Positions 11,005-25,635 of a DNA stretch of 64,000 bases are shown one piece after another. Numbering within the stretch: position 1 is the first letter of the stretch; the number at the start of each line of letters is the position of its first letter. Under the pieces are notes generated by a model. The model was not told the origin of the DNA. It saw nothing but the letters and a program-made list of their open reading frames with translations, and ran no database searches. The translations under genes and the position numbers were made by a program. Source of the DNA: Selaginella moellendorffii (lineage: Eukaryota; Plantae; Lycopodiophyta); NCBI RefSeq assembly GCF_000143415.4, contig NW_003314357.1, positions 630,340 to 694,339 of the forward strand, read 5' to 3'.

Positions 11005-14000
11005 AACCCCAGGCAGCGGATGATCCGCCCGCTGAGGATAATTTTCTAGTGATCAGGTGAGTAGAGCAGGGCCGAATCATTCAATCTCTCTGGCTCCTCA
11101 CGGGATCTTCCTGCAAGCGTGCAGCGGGTGTGCAGCGAGCTCACATTCAGCGATCCACGCGATATATCGATGGTGCTCAAGGATTTGTTCCTGGCCGCTG
11201 TGTTTACAAGGGATTGGCGTGGTGTGTTTGAACGTGGTCGCATGGATAAGTGGATTTTCTTTGGTAGCTGAATGAGTATTGCTGCTTCTTTCCTATTTTA
11301 CTTTTGTCATTCCTGAAGCTGGTCATCCCATTCCAAGTGCGTACCTCAGAGTAAAAGCCGTTTCTTTGTTTCTCGTGCATCAGCAGGCTTGAAAGCTGTG
11401 CATGATCCCAGTCCATTCAAGTTCTTGAGGCTTGGAGTTCCAGGCAAAGTCATCACGAAAACACATAATGTAGATTAGGTAGTAGACAAGTTTCAGTCTT
11501 GGTCATGAGATAAAGAAATTTGCCAGGTTGATGAAATTCCAATTTAGTTGGGAAGACTCCTTAACTCAGCAATGGTGGATCTATTCTTTGGTAGGCTTTC
11601 TCTCTTTGGATCCATGCCGAACACACTAAAGCACAATAAGAATAACATAATAATTCTTACTAAGTGGTAATCTCTTGCACTGAATAAAAAAAAAGAGTAC
11701 TAGAGCTGCGAAGAGAAAAGACCCTTGTTGCAATGGCTTTGCTTGCAAGAGATACCTAAAACTTTTAACGATTCTTTCACTCTAGGTATTTTAAAGCAAG
11801 TCTGAAGATTAAATGCTTTCCATCTTGGGATTCTGAAGCATGGTTGGTTGACTAATATATTGTTCTTATATTTTAATTAAGTAAAACTTTGCTAATAATA
11901 ATTATTTTTAGTAATTCTTTTTAAATCTGGGTAGCATTCTAAATTTATCCATATTCAAAGTACCTAATTAAGTAATATTTAAATTAGTTCTTAGTAATTC
12001 TTCTTCTTTTACTTTTACTTTTAAGTATTCTAAGTTAATTTATATTCAAATTAAAACATAATTTACATGTAACTATGGCAAGTAATTTGCAATTGTAGGT
12101 TTTAGAGGTATACCTGAAGTAGGTAGCCTATTAAAAGAATGTATAAGTTTACAAGATATATAAATTTGCTTGAATTCTTTAAACACATCATGAAATAATC
12201 TTTTACCGCCATGGTTTTCATGTGTATAACCCTAAATGTGTTATATACTAATTATATATACCCTTTCTTTATGACTAAATCTCCATTCTTGTATGTAAGC
12301 AGGTCTATTGTTTTTGGCAGTGTTTTGCTCAATGTTTGGGATTGTGCTTTTATTCTTATTCTTTTGTTCTCTTTTAAATCTAGATTTATATTAGCTTTTT
12401 GCTAAATCTAGGATTATAACTTTCTAATCTATTCTTCTTTTAATCTTCATTGCATTCATTTCTTCTGTCTGTAAGCAATAAGAAAAAAACAATTTGAAAG
12501 ATAATCCATAAGGGTTAAAATATAAAAGAAAAGGGTCTATAAACAAGAGTGCACTTTTTTTAAAAAAATTTCTAAGGGTTTTGGAATACTTGAGGTTAAG
12601 TACCCTTGGGTTTAAATAATAGTGCATTGGGTGACTTTTCAGGAAGTTTATATTTATGAGTTTACATTGTCATGCTTCATTATTATTGATCAAGGACTAG
12701 GTTAAGTGATTTCTCAGAAAGTCTAAATTCAGGAATTTATACTGCCATGCTATACTATTATTAATCAAGGAGTCTGTCATTTAAGGTTACAAATGATATA
12801 TCATTATTGTCACCTAATAATATTTTTTATATAGTTATATCCTCTTCAGATTAAGCTTTTGATGTTGTGCAGTATAATTTTAATTGTGTCATGCCCATCC
12901 TTGGTGTATTGCTATAGTTTGATTCTTAGAGAATATTCAAAAATCAAATTTATAGGAATAGACTTTTATTGATAAGGAATTCAATTACTTTGAAAAGTGT
13001 AAGCAACCAAAGGGAATGACTTGAGAAATACAATTTATAAATATAGCATACGTGATTTTCACTCTTTATTTTATAGTGATTTACTATAGAATAACCATGA
13101 AGAAGAACCTATACCTTCCATGTGCCATGTGTCATTTGCCATGTGCCACATACCATGTGTCTAAGGACAGTAAAGTAAAACTCAAGTTTTAAGGCTTTAA
13201 GCCATTAAATGAAGGGATAGAGCCAAACTCCTAAACATAGAGCCCAATAAGTGAAGAAAGCGAAACACAAAATGACTCCCAAATGTATAACCTAAGGAGA
13301 GAAGGGATAAAGGCACCAAGTGATGTTGGAATAATCCAAGAGTTTCTAGCATCCCAATGCTAGAACTAGCATGTAAAACAGAGTTAAACGGAGTTTAGCA
13401 TTATTTCAACATACCAATGGTCTAACACAAGGATATAGGTAATTCACTAGTTAATATAGTATGGAATTTGGGCTTGGACCCAAACCAAATAGAGAACAAG
13501 AATAAACGTGCAAATGAAAGCTAAATTATACATTTTCCTACTATACATTTGAAACCCCCCACAGTGGATTTCTCAACAATATCTAGTTCCTAAAATGATT
13601 CAACTAACAAAATTTAGTCATCTACCAACATATGACCATCAACAAACTTGATAGGGGGTTAAAGGTGTTTGGATCGAATGACTCAAGGACCTCCCAAGCA
13701 AGGTGACATTGATGCATCCAATACATCTGGTTGATCTACCAGACCACGCTGTCCCAAATTATACTTTTCAAGGACCATTTCTTCTGACCACCCCTTGTTG
13801 TCACAATAAATGTTGGCTTTCCAATTAGTGTTTATAAATTATGAATATGTTTATAATTATAAACTTCTATTGAATAAATAAATAGGAATAACATTACTGT
13901 TATCTAGATTGACTAGACAAATTGACTTCTCCACATGAATGTGATTCACAGCTGAAGCAATAGATGATGAACTAGTGCCTGAGGTCATTCCCCCTTGCTC

Positions 14001-14329
14001 TAGTGTGGTGGCATGATCTGGAAGTGGCTGTGGAGCATAGAAGATGGAACTATCCCCTTTTTAGCATTTAGTTTTAAGAAAAGTTAATTTAATTTATTTA
14101 TATTACATTAAATCCATCAAGGAAGTCTTACTTGAAAACCACCATATCTAGCCTCAAGTGCATTAATATGCCCACACATAATAGCCATTATGCCATACAT
14201 CTCCTCTTGCATCTTTTGTTAATTTTGGTTAATGGCTTGCAACTCAAGAACAATATCATAGATAGTCCAAACCTTTATAGCTCTATTGAATACCACCATC
14301 AACAATAGGATTGTACATTTATTTTGGTT

Positions 14330-17300
14330 TGCCATTATAACCACCTTTGATATTAATGTTCTAAATGAACAACAACCATTAGATAGTAGAATATCCTAGA
14401 ATATCCAAGCATATTCAAATTATATTTAATACCACTTCAAGTTTGCTTAAGTAAACCAATAATAGATCTATGGTGTTTGGTATCTTTGGTGATAACACAA
14501 AACCTCTACCACAAAGATTAGATGGTGGTAATTTAAACAGATGTAAATATTATTTAAATTACTAATTTTATTTAAAATACCTGATTAATAAAACTGTTTG
14601 CAGCTAAGACCTTAATAGAATATTCTTTAGTATATCAGAATATTATTGTCAACTCCCTTGGCTCATTATTTACTAGCTCCTTGTATTAGCAAATCATTTT
14701 ATATAAAGCATAATCCTTGATGGTGATAACTATTTGAGAGAGATGCCATTTTAAGTTCTTTTTTAAACACTACTAAACAATATATACCAAGTTTGGAATA
14801 GAATTTCAACACCACCAGTGTTTTATGGTTTCATGAGTAACAAAGTATAAACAAATTGTTGAGGTATTAGAATTGTCTATAATGGTGGTATAAAAAAAAT
14901 GTTAATTAGCTGAGAGAGGAATTACTTTCTCCATTGGGAATAAAGTTTACATGAGCACACAAAAAAATGTATTTAAGTTGAACACCATGATGAGCACAAG
15001 TGGTTTTGATAGAGTTTAAAAGGTACAAACACTTTATAAAATGCAAATAAATACTATAAGTTTATATGTTTATAGTGGGTTGGAAGTAATGCTTATAAAA
15101 AATACAATTCTAGAACTACAGACTTGGCTGATATAGTGGTTTATTTGTTTTCTACATTTAAGGACTTTAGTTACTTCTCAAATAAGGAAGTACTCACATT
15201 GATCTCTTTATTAATTCTCTTTCTTTAGTAAATGAGTTTTAAAATACTTGATAAATAATAAATTTTATTAAAATTCACCATATGATATGGCTATCAAAAA
15301 TAAGTTGCTCCAAATGCGTATCCAATGTGTGGCAACAAGTTAAGCAATAGAAGATAAACTCATACTTAAAAGCATTACAGTTAAAGGTGGAAGTTAAAAG
15401 TCTCAACATTAAACAACAATATTATCATTACAAGTATATAATTCTCAATTATAGAATTGATATTGTAAATAAAAATATTCACCATATCACAACAAATTAA
15501 TTTCCAAGTTGCACTTGCATATACTTCCTGCAATATTATATTTTTAGTGAGTTTTTAATCCCTTACAAACATATGTATTTTATCTATTTAATGCTTTTGG
15601 GAATGGATCCAAATGTTAAAATTTAGATTCATCACAATATCTTAATATGAGGGTTTCATAAAATTGAGAAAAATTAGATATTAGTATTGTATTTGTATTT
15701 GAAATTTTGTATATAAAATATTATTTATAAGTTACACATAAAATAAAAAGGGCATTTCTAAAAGTTACTCTGAAATTGATTTTATAGTAATAATTAAATA
15801 TTTATTAATACTAATTATTATATTAAAAAATATTTTATTCTGGTGACAAGGAAAAACCTCTATTGATCAAGAAATATTTCCGCTCATATTTATTTAAATT
15901 ATTTGTTTGTTAAAAATACTTCTTTAATAAAAATATTGCCACTAAAACATTAAGAAAATATTATTTAGTATACCAGAATATTTTAAAAGTTTATTCTTAA
16001 TGACTCCTTTTCTTGACTTGGTTCTCTCTATTGACAGATTGTACATCACCTAGTAAGCTTCTAATGATTAGTTTCTTTGAATTGATCAAGTGTGCCCAAT
16101 ATCTCTATTTGTTTGTTCAGGGGCTATGAGATACCAAAAGCAAATGCTCTTAAACTTTGAAAAAATGTGAAGGTGACATTTCCAATTTTGAAATTTTATA
16201 AGAAAGAAAACTTACTCATTTTAAAAGACTTTTAGCAATACAATTATGTAGCTAAATATGTTTATTAGAAAACAAAAATACAAAATAATATTTGTGTTAA
16301 TAATAATTATAATAATAATACATAATATAGTAATAATATTCACAAGAACAAGGCTAGTGTTTTGCTTTGCAATGTTATTCAAGAGGATGAGTAAAGCAAT
16401 TCGTAAAACCAACACAATATAAATCAAATTGGGATGATCTGGAATAGAGGAGTTCCCTCTCGTACACATCAAGCAACCCATCCTGTGGATTCCACACACA
16501 TCTTTTTGAGGGTATTCTCCACAAATCCCTCGGCCTTAAACCTAGAACACTTCATAGGATGTTGCCAAAATTAGATTTCATGACCTTGAGTATGTACATA
16601 TCATTTCCATGCAGCTGCTTGGCTATAAAAGCTTGCTGTTCCTTCCAAACCTCATCTCTTAAAAAGCTCTTGAAATCCCAGGATGAGTACTAGAATGGTG
16701 AAAAGAAAAGCTTTGGATTTTTGGGATCGATACTAGCATCTCCAAATATGTTTGATTCTTGGATCGTTCCAGGCGTTTTGACCGATTCTACTCTGGAGGA
16801 GCTGTGGATCAATATCAATATGGAGCTATGTTGCACTGTGAGAATATCAAAACAGCAATGGATAGATTTTCCCACTTTTTTGCAAAAGGAAGTAGTTTAT
16901 GCACACTGCTGGCTGAGCGTCTCCATGAGCTCCATGACTCACATTCAATGAGTGCCAAGTTTCCAGAGGTTTAAAAAAGCGAGTAAAAAAGTTTCGTTCA
17001 CTGCAAGTTGCCATAACATTAAAGTTGTTTTTCTCTTTTTGAAATACCTAGAGCATTTCGTGATTGTGAGATTAAATTGCTGTTTACATCTAGGTTTGGG
17101 CTCTTTGGCATGCTCAAGCCCGATGGCACCCTTGCTGACAATCCACAGCGTCACCAGCTCTCAAGTCCACTCGTTTTTTTTTTCACAAAGCCAAAAGTAC
17201 CTCTTTATTTTTTCTAAGTCAAGGGTTAGGTTATAATCTTTCTCGCTTGGATTTTTCTATTGTCAAAGCTCTCGTCAGGTAAGCTATGGTCTCTCATGCT

Positions 17301-17745
17301 CATGCCGCCCCAATGCTTGCCCGCCGAGCTCAAGTGCCCTAGCATGGCAGCCATCACCGAGCTTCACACCTGCGAGCTCCAACTCTAGCTCCAGCACATC
17401 CAGCACACCACCATGGACACCAAGGCCACGAGCCAGCGCCAGCTTTAGCTCCAGTTCTTCAAGGTGACACTCCAGATCGAGCCCCAGCACCAGCTGCTTT
17501 CGTTCGCCCTGCTCACGGCCACCCTGGTCATCTAGCTCCAACGCCTGCTATCCTCGATCATGCTCGCCACCACCATCCAGCTCCAGCAGCAGCAGTGTAC
17601 CATCATCATCATGGTGATGGAGCTCCTCTGGTTGTTCACCACCATCACCATGGTCACCACCATGGTCACCACCATGGAGGACGCCACAACCACCACCACC
17701 ACCACCACCACCATCGCCATCGTCGCGACAGTCACGATGCAGCAT
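14330..17745 (+). repeat. Composite repeat unit, copy A (AT-rich block, tRNA remnant, truncated His-rich gene)
   Basis: Reverse-complement similarity to 37370-38870 and 56560-58480. tRNA-Ala 3' remnant GGGATCGATACTAGCATCTCCA at 16723-16744. Confidence 0.7.
17286..17744 (+). pseudogene. His-rich membrane protein gene, copy A (3'-truncated, premature stops)
   Basis: Same ATG context and sequence as 56996(-). TGG>TAG near 17340. Breaks into AT-rich DNA at ~17745, before the TM segment. Confidence 0.75.
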
Positions 17746-20282
17746 ATTTTTGTGCACTCCTTTATTTAAGTTCTCTTTATTAGAAAATCCTTTTATATAG
17801 AGCATAATCCTTGATGGTAATAGTTATTTAAGAGAAATTTTATTTTAAATTCTTTTTTGAACAATGCATACCATGTTGAAATAAAATTTTCAACACCACA
17901 AATGCTTTATAGTTTCATGAGTAATGAAGTATGAAAAAATTGAGGAGGCATTAGAATTATGTATAATGGTTCCAAAAATAAAATTTTAATTATCTTAAAG
18001 AGGAGTTGCCTTCTCTATCAAGAGTAGAGTTACATGAACATATAGAAAAATGCATTCGAAGTGAATACCATGATAAGCACAACTGATTGTGCCAGAGTTT
18101 AAAAAGTACAAACATTTGGACCTCACATCATCCCCTCCTCTCGGAATAATAGAAGACCATCAGGGTTCTTTTGTAGATGGGCCGGGATCTGGAGGAACAT
18201 CAGGAGGAGGCATTGGCAGATCTGTAGGTGGTATTAATTGTTTATGATCTTTTTATACGAAGTGTTTTAATTGTTGCACATGCATAATTTTTAGAGGATC
18301 GACATATTAGATGTTATGCCAAACCTCATAAACTTGTGGTCCAACTTGCTGCAACACTCAATATGGTCCTTTCCACTGAGTAAGGACCCCTTTAAATAAA
18401 CCACATACTGTAAGATGGGGAAAACAGACTAACACCATGTCATCCACTTTGTATTCTGCAAGCGGACGATGATGGGACTTGTAGCACTATTGTTATCCCA
18501 CTTGTATGCGGCCTAAGTGTTTAGCAGACTCTACTCGAACAAGTGGAAGAATGTTTGTCAAATACTAATCCCACAACTTAGCATCGACAGCTTATGACAA
18601 TTGCGAAGGTAAACCTTGCTTTGTTGGTAATATTAAATCATGACCACATAAAAGTTTATATGGTGAAGCAACAAGAGAACTCTGCACCCCTGTGACATAT
18701 GCATACCAAAGAAAAAGCAAATAACCATCCCAATTCGAATGTTAAAAGTTCATGTACTTTGCAATCATCCCTTTGAACGTCCGAACAAACCGTTCCACCA
18801 AACTGTCTAATTATGGATGATAAGCATTTGTGAAAGTGTGGCATATCCCCAACTGAGACGTCAAAATATGAAATGCCTCAACTATAAATGCAGGGCTATT
18901 GTCTGAAAGAATCCGCTCTGGACAAGAATGCTAGAACACCATTTAATTGAGGAGGAAGTATTCAATAGTAGTTGCAAAGGCGCTAGCAAGAGCACCAACT
19001 TCCACCCAATGAGTTAAGTAATCAAAAGCAATAATAACATATTCATTGCCAATAATTGATTGTAGAAAAGGTCTTATAAGATCAAATGCCAGCAACTTAA
19101 ATAGACGGGAAATTGCAATTGAGTCCAATTGTCTTTCCAAGGCACGAGGGAGAGTATTACGGAATATAGCTATGCATATACCGGATAACATCACATTGCA
19201 TCTCCAACTAATAGAAAGACCTATGCAACTTTTCAATCACACAACGATATCCTATATGCTCATCTAGAACAAGAGAATCATGGTAGGCATGGAGAAACCA
19301 TAGAATAAAGACAGAAGGCACCATCAGCCATAAAGGATCATCAGGATTTGTCCCCACAAAATAAAGAAGGCCATCTTCAAGGCAATATTGAAAATGTAAA
19401 TGCTAGAATGACAAGTTATCAGTAAGTGATGCAAGATTCTTAAACCCATCTCAAAGCATTTGAATCCACAGCTCAATCTTTTGAGCCTCGCAAACCTCAT
19501 CAAAAGAAGGTAAATCTTGTTCTGCACCTTGTGGATATTGAATGTCAAGTATAGCAATTGCCAACGGCACAAAATCCTTGTCTAGAAAATTCACAGATGC
19601 TAGAACAACAGGCTTGTTAAAAACATGAGAAGAAAGAGAAGAAGGAAGAAGAGCTCAAGAAAAGGCATCAACATTAGTCATAGAACTCCCTAGGTGATGA
19701 ACAACATCAAAATCAAATATCTGAAGCTTCAAAGCCCACCGAGTAGTATGATTAATAGGTTCTTCTACTTCAATAAAGAAGTAATGGCAGCATAATCACC
19801 TTCAAGTAACATCCGAGAACCATGTAGATATGCATGAAGTTTCTCAAAACCCTAGATTGCTGTTAAACACTCTTTCTCTGTCATGGAGTAGTTCACCTCC
19901 GCTAGTTGTAATGTACGGCTTATATACAATGGGATGGCGTTGACCAAGCACACTCAGGCTTTTTTGTATCAACACACTTCTAAGACTAATATAAAAAATA
20001 TCCACATGCAAAATAAAAGGTCGAGTGTAGTCAGGATATACCAAAACTAGAGGAGTCGTCAATATCTCTTTGAGATCCACAAATGCTTGCTCACAATCCG
20101 AAGACCAGATGAAAGATGACATTGATGACTTCAGTAACGCTCGCAATAGTGCAGTGCAATCAGAAAGATGATCCACAAAACGACCGGGATACTGCACCTT
20201 GCCCAGGAAGCATTACATATCATTCACACACTTTGGAGTAGGGAACTTTAGAATAGCCACAAGTTTGTCATGATCAACTTAC

Positions 20283-21418
20283 TGTAAGCCACAAATTTTT
20301 CCTTTCCAATTTGCCAGCTTACCTCGTCTATCCGTCCAACACTGCCTTGGCTTTTGCTAAGTTCCCTCACCAAGGTTCTCGCCTATGGTACCAGATCCTA
20401 CTTGGTTTCAGCTACTCACTACACGAGCAACGGAGTGTTAGCCATCCTTCCACGGATTCCCAAATCACTCCCAATCCCCCTCCCCGGGTTAGACTGGACT
20501 TAAGGTTCGGCTACACTCCCCGCAAGCACAAGCAGCCAAGCACACCAAGCTTCCAGGTTCCTAATGTCCCTTGGTACCACAAGACTTGATCATGGGACCC
20601 TCTAAATCCCAAGTCTTGAGTGCAACACTTGCTTCGGGATGCCGGGGCGAAACACCGTGGCCTAGCGGCCCGGTATGGGTACCTCTCGCCCCCCACTTCC
20701 ATCCCGAAGGAAGGCCCAAGCCCCTAGGAAGGGCGAGGACCAATGAGCCGCATGGTACTCAAGTGGGGCACCACTCCACATGAGCTAGGAGCACCACAAT
20801 CGGTTTCCCTTTCGGGAGTGGGAGCTGCTCTTGAGCACTTCCTTGGATGGCCCCTCCGGCACCAGCCAAGTCCATGCTCACTCCCACCCAAGGCCCCTCG
20901 GTCCCAGTCTCAACCTCAAGTCAGTTTGGAAGCCCAACTGGAGAGTCCCTTCAAAACTGGTTCCTGGACCTCACTATCCCTACTATACTTTTGGAACCCC
21001 CTGCAGCCCCCCCCCCCTGGGAGACGCACGCTTTGGGCTTTCACCCTTTGACCCGTATTAGTATTTGGACTTAGTCTCTGGCTCGATCTCGGACCCGATT
21101 TCGGATTCGGGTTCGGACTCGATCACGGACTCGATCTCGGACCCGATCTCGGACCCGACCTCGGACTCGACCTCGGACTCGGTCTCGGACCCGATTTCGG
21201 ATCTCGGACTCCGTCTCGAACTCGGTCTCGAACTCGGACTCGAACTCGGTCCCCGAGTTAGTCTCGGACTCGATTCCGGACTCTATCTCGAACTCGGTCC
21301 TAGAGTCGGTCTTGGACTCGATCCTCGACTTGGTCCCATCCAATGAACTCTTTGTCATTTCGGTCAAGCTTTTGGGGATCCTTTAGCCTACGACATCTTG
21401 GGGAGTCGGTTCCTTACA
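20283..21418. mobile_element. Solo LTR (1136 bp) of another family nested in the Gypsy RT region
   Basis: Begins TGTAAG, ends CTTACA. Flanked by 5-bp TSD CTTAC (20278-20282, 21419-21423). Removing it restores the host sequence seen at 60731-60756. Confidence 0.88.
21074..21335. repeat. CpG-rich 6/12-bp tandem repeat (TCGGAC-CCGATC type) inside the solo LTR
   Basis: Degenerate array tcggacccgatc/tcggactcgatc/tcgaactcggtc. Confidence 0.85.
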
Positions 21419-24400
21419 CTTACAAACCCTCACGAGAAATATGGTACCCAAGATAAGTCGTGTCTTTGGACCCAAACACGCACTTCGACCATTTCAGCTT
21501 TAAACCAACATCCCATAGTTGATCCAACACTTTACAAATATCATGAATGTGCTCCTTCCACGTCCCCTCCAAGTGGATCAAGACATCATCAATGAAGTCA
21601 GCAGTCACCTTCGGCATATCGCAAAGAACTTCATCCATCATCTACTAGAAAGTTGTTGGAGTATTGTTCAAACCAAACAGCATCACCAAAAACTCATACA
21701 AACCAAATGTTGTACAAAAAGTAGTCTTAGGAATATCTTCTTCAGCCATCAGTACTTGCCAACCCCCAGAAGCAAGATCTAGCTTGGTGAACCAACAACT
21801 TCGCACCAAACGATCCAAGAGATCAACAGTGTGAGGAAGAAGATACACATATAGGATCGTCACTTCATTTAACGGATAATAGTCGATGCAGAAACGAATA
21901 CTCTCATTAGACTTTGTTATAAGATGAGGTTCACATGCCCAAGAACTCCGCAACATCTGAATAACACCCTTCTCCAACATCTTCTTGATGTTTGCATGTA
22001 AAAATCTTGATCTCTTTGGGTGACCGACGACAAACAACAACCTTGATTGGACAAGCATCCCCAGTTGGAATCAGATGATATGTGGCAATCTTGGCCTTAA
22101 ATAATAGGTCAAATTCAAAGAGATCAGAATACTCCTTCATGAGCCGGTCAACTGTTGCAACACAAAGATTGTCAGAGGGATCGGAAAAGAGAAGAGCAAA
22201 ACAAGATAGAAATATAGGAAGAAATAGTGGGGGAACAAAAGAAATGGAAGCAAAAGTAGAAGTAAAGGGATAAAGAGTACAGAAGTTAGAGGAATGGATG
22301 AAATATAAAGAAATATAAAACAAGGGGGAGAAGCCTTAAAGTCACACTTGGCATGATTGCGCTACAACCAATCTATACCAAGGATGAAGTCAAAAGCTTG
22401 ATTTGGCACCACCCACAATGATTGCAACCCAAGTTCAAGATTGCCCACACGCACAACTAGGTTCACCTCATCCCGTGCATATGCATATGTATGGCCGTTG
22501 CCATAAACAATGAAAACTAGCTCCACTGCATAACATGTGGCAACAAGTCAAACAATAGAAGATAAACTTGAACATATATCAACCAACACAGAGAGAATAA
22601 TAGGAGACTGCTTGTTATAAAAATAAGCTTGGAAAGTAAATACTGGATGAATTGGTGCCGAGTGAACCTCTTGATGATACTTCCGAAAGAAATATGGAGG
22701 GGTCACTAACTTATTCAAGGTCCCTCCATTACTCGCGCAACTCCTTGTTTCCCAGATGCATCTTAGTGTCCAAACCTTATACTGTAGCAGCACCAACAAG
22801 ATGTTGTTGACGGCAAGGTGTCCACTCAGGAAATGGTGATCACTAATTTGGAAAACACCGACAATGCCGATAAGTGTGACCAACTTCATCACATGCCCAA
22901 CAACAAATATCACGGCCACAACCACGGCCTCACCCTTGTCCTTGGATTTGAGTAGTAGCATTATCAACTTCCATTGGAACAGGGCCATCACCCACAGGAA
23001 GTGGAGCTAAAGGATGTGAAGTGAGAAGTGGAAGAGGCGACGTTTTATAATGTTGTGCCAAGCGAAGAGCATTATCAAGGGTGGCGGGAGCAAGTGCATG
23101 CATAAGTCTGACAAGATATTGATGAAGTGCTGGTCACAACATTCCTAACTTGATCCGCTTCAACATATTTGGCTCCGCACGAAGCAAGAGGCTTCGGAAA
23201 CGAATGCTAAATTGCATCACCAACTCAGATGGCCCTTGACAAAGACGATGCAATTGTTGGAAAGTATCATCACAATCGTCAGCATGTTCGAATGCGTGTT
23301 TAAAGACATCTAAGAGAATATTCCAATCCCCACAAGTGGTTGCGTTCAAACTATTATACCACTGCAATGCCATCCCTTAGAGACATGTGGAAAACTCACG
23401 CAAACGTCAAACATCATCCCAAGAATGATATATGGCAATCACCGTGAAGTGATCGAACCAATGGTACACATCATCCCCAGGATTCCCGTAAAAGAACTCC
23501 AGCTGAACATAAGGATTGGCACTAAGAACAGGAGGAGTTGTACTACGCGCCGTGAATGCTGCCATCAACTGAGTTTGGCTGTTCAATTGCAATCACATAG
23601 CATTAAGCAATTGTACCAACTGCTGCTTCAAAGTCAAAAGAGGAGGAGATTGTTAATCTGCCATGAAGATGAACGAAAAGGAAAAAGAAAAAAAGTAGAG
23701 ATGAAAAAAGGCTAGAAGGAAAGGGAGATCTAGACAATGCAAAAAGCTGAATCTTGAAAAAAAAGAATAAAAGAAAAGAAATGGAAAAAGTTAGATTTAG
23801 ATGATGCAAAAGTTATGTATAAACCAAAAATCCCAAATTTGAACACTCTTTAAGGATAATCAAAGGTGCCCCTCATCTCCATTAGTGTGAGTGCATGAAA
23901 TATAAAAAGGGAATATAGAAAATGTGCATATTAATTAACCCAAAAACCCTAGTTTATATACAAGAGCGAGTGGTCTAGATTGAAACCAATCTGACAGCTA
24001 CCAAAATCCCATTATGCTAATATTAGTATAGGGCATCGTAGCCGTACGCTTGGACCTCACAAGATCTAGATATTATTTAAATTACTATTTTGTTTAAAAT
24101 ACCTGTTTGCCACTAAAACATTAAGAAAATATTCTTTAGTGTACCAAAATATTTTTAAAATATTCTTAATGACTCCTTTTGTTGACTTGGCTCTCTTTAT
24201 TACCAGATCCACTTGAAAGTACATTAAGTTGTACATTCTTGAGGTCAATAGGAAGGCATTGATTTCCTTGCTACAACTTACAAGTTCTAAAGGCATTAGT
24301 TTGGTTTTTATACAAGATCCAGGTAGGCAACATGCTTAGAATACAAGAAATGGAGAGAGGCCACCTTGAAACAAAATCCATCACCTAGTAAGCTTTTAAT

Positions 24401-24941
24401 AATTAGTTTTTTTGAATTGATCAAGCGTGCCCAATATCTCTATTTGTTTGTTCAGAGGCTATGAGAGACCAAACTCAAATGCATTTAAACTTTGAAAGAA
24501 TGTAAAGGTAACGTTTCCAATTTTGAAATTTTGTAAGAAAAAAAAGTTACTCATTTTAAAAGACTTTTAGCTATACAATTATGTAGCTAAATATGTTTAC
24601 TAGCAAACCAAAATACCAAATAATATTAGTGTTTATACAATTTAATTGCTACTGAAGATCATACAATTGATTTATATTGTGTTGGTTTTACCAATTGCTT
24701 TACTCATCCTCTTGAATAACACTCTCTTTTTGTCCTCCTCTTGTGAATACTATTACTATTATTATAAGCATTAGTAACATTCTTCATAGATGCTTTCCTA
24801 TAGAAACCTGCTGGAGATGATGGTCTTTCCAAAGCTCATCACTCAAAAGGCTCTTGAAATGCAACAAAAGATGCCAGAATCTCCAAGGATGAGTATTAGA
24901 ATGGTGAAGAGAAAAGATTAGCATTTTTGTTTCTTTGCTAA

Positions 24942-25011
24942 GGGGATGTAGGTCAGATGGTAGAGCACTCGCTTAGCATGCGAGAGGCACCGGGATCGAT
25001 ACCCAGCATCT
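24942..25011 (+). pseudogene. tRNA-Ala(AGC) pseudogene (copy B)
   Basis: GGGGATGTAGGTCAGATGGTAGAGCACTCGCTTAGCATGCGAGAGGCACCGGGATCGATACCCAGCATCT. D-stem mismatch and last 3 nt of the gene lost. Confidence 0.85.
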
Positions 25012-25319
25012 TGGATTGTTCCAGGCGTTTTGAGCGATTTTACTGGTGTTGACCTTTAGGGGAGCTATGGATGGATGTTGCACTGTGAGACCATCAAAAC
25101 AGCAATGGATAGACATTTAATTTGTGTTTCTTTTTCCCACTTTTTTTCAAAAGGAAGTAGTTTGTGCACGTTAATGGTTTGTGTCTCCATGAGCTCCATG
25201 ACTTGCATTTAATGAGTGCCAAGTTTCCAGAGGTTTGAAAAGCAAGTAAAAAAGTTTCGTTCAGATTGAGCCTAAAAAGGAGTTGCCATCAAATTAAAGT
25301 TGTTTTCTCTTTTGGAAAT

Positions 25320-25458
25320 ATTTGTACCTAGAGCATTTCGTGATTGTGAGAGTAAATCGCTGTTCACATATAGGCTTGGGCTCTCTAGCATTTGTACCTA
25401 GAGCATTTCGTGATTGTGAGATTAAATCGCTGTTCCATCTAGGTTTGGGCTCTTTGGC
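25320..25458 (+). repeat. ~70-bp tandem duplication private to copy B
   Basis: ATTTGTACCTAGAGCATTTCGTGATTGTGAG... starts at 25320 and again at 25390; single in the other copies. Confidence 0.8.
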
Positions 25459-25635
25459 ATGCTCAAGCCCGATGGCACCCTTGCTGACAATCCACAGCGT
25501 CACCAGCTCTTGAGTCCACTCGTTTTTTTTTTCCACAAAGCCAAAAGTACCTCTTTATTTTTTCTAAGTCAAGGGTTAGGTTATAATCTTTCTCGCTTGG
25601 ATTTTTCTATTGTCGAAGCTCTCGTCAGGTAAGCT

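Larger units (their letters stand above)
18116..24061 (-). mobile_element. Ty3/Gypsy LTR retrotransposon, degenerate (gag-PR-RT-RH-INT), 3' LTR truncated
   Basis: 5' LTR 24061-23886 (TG...CA, 176 bp) followed by the PBS. gag (ALQWYN..DWN), RT (IRFCIDY, WFTKLDLASG, FIDDVLIH), RNase H and integrase fragments. PPT at ~18131-18142; only 12 bp of the 3' LTR remain (18116-18127). Confidence 0.92.

Noticed and set aside
21074-21335. CRISPR-like array or RD/SD-repeat protein ORFs
   Set aside because: Contiguous 6/12-bp tandem units without spacers, inside a solo LTR; the ORFs are by-products of the repeat.
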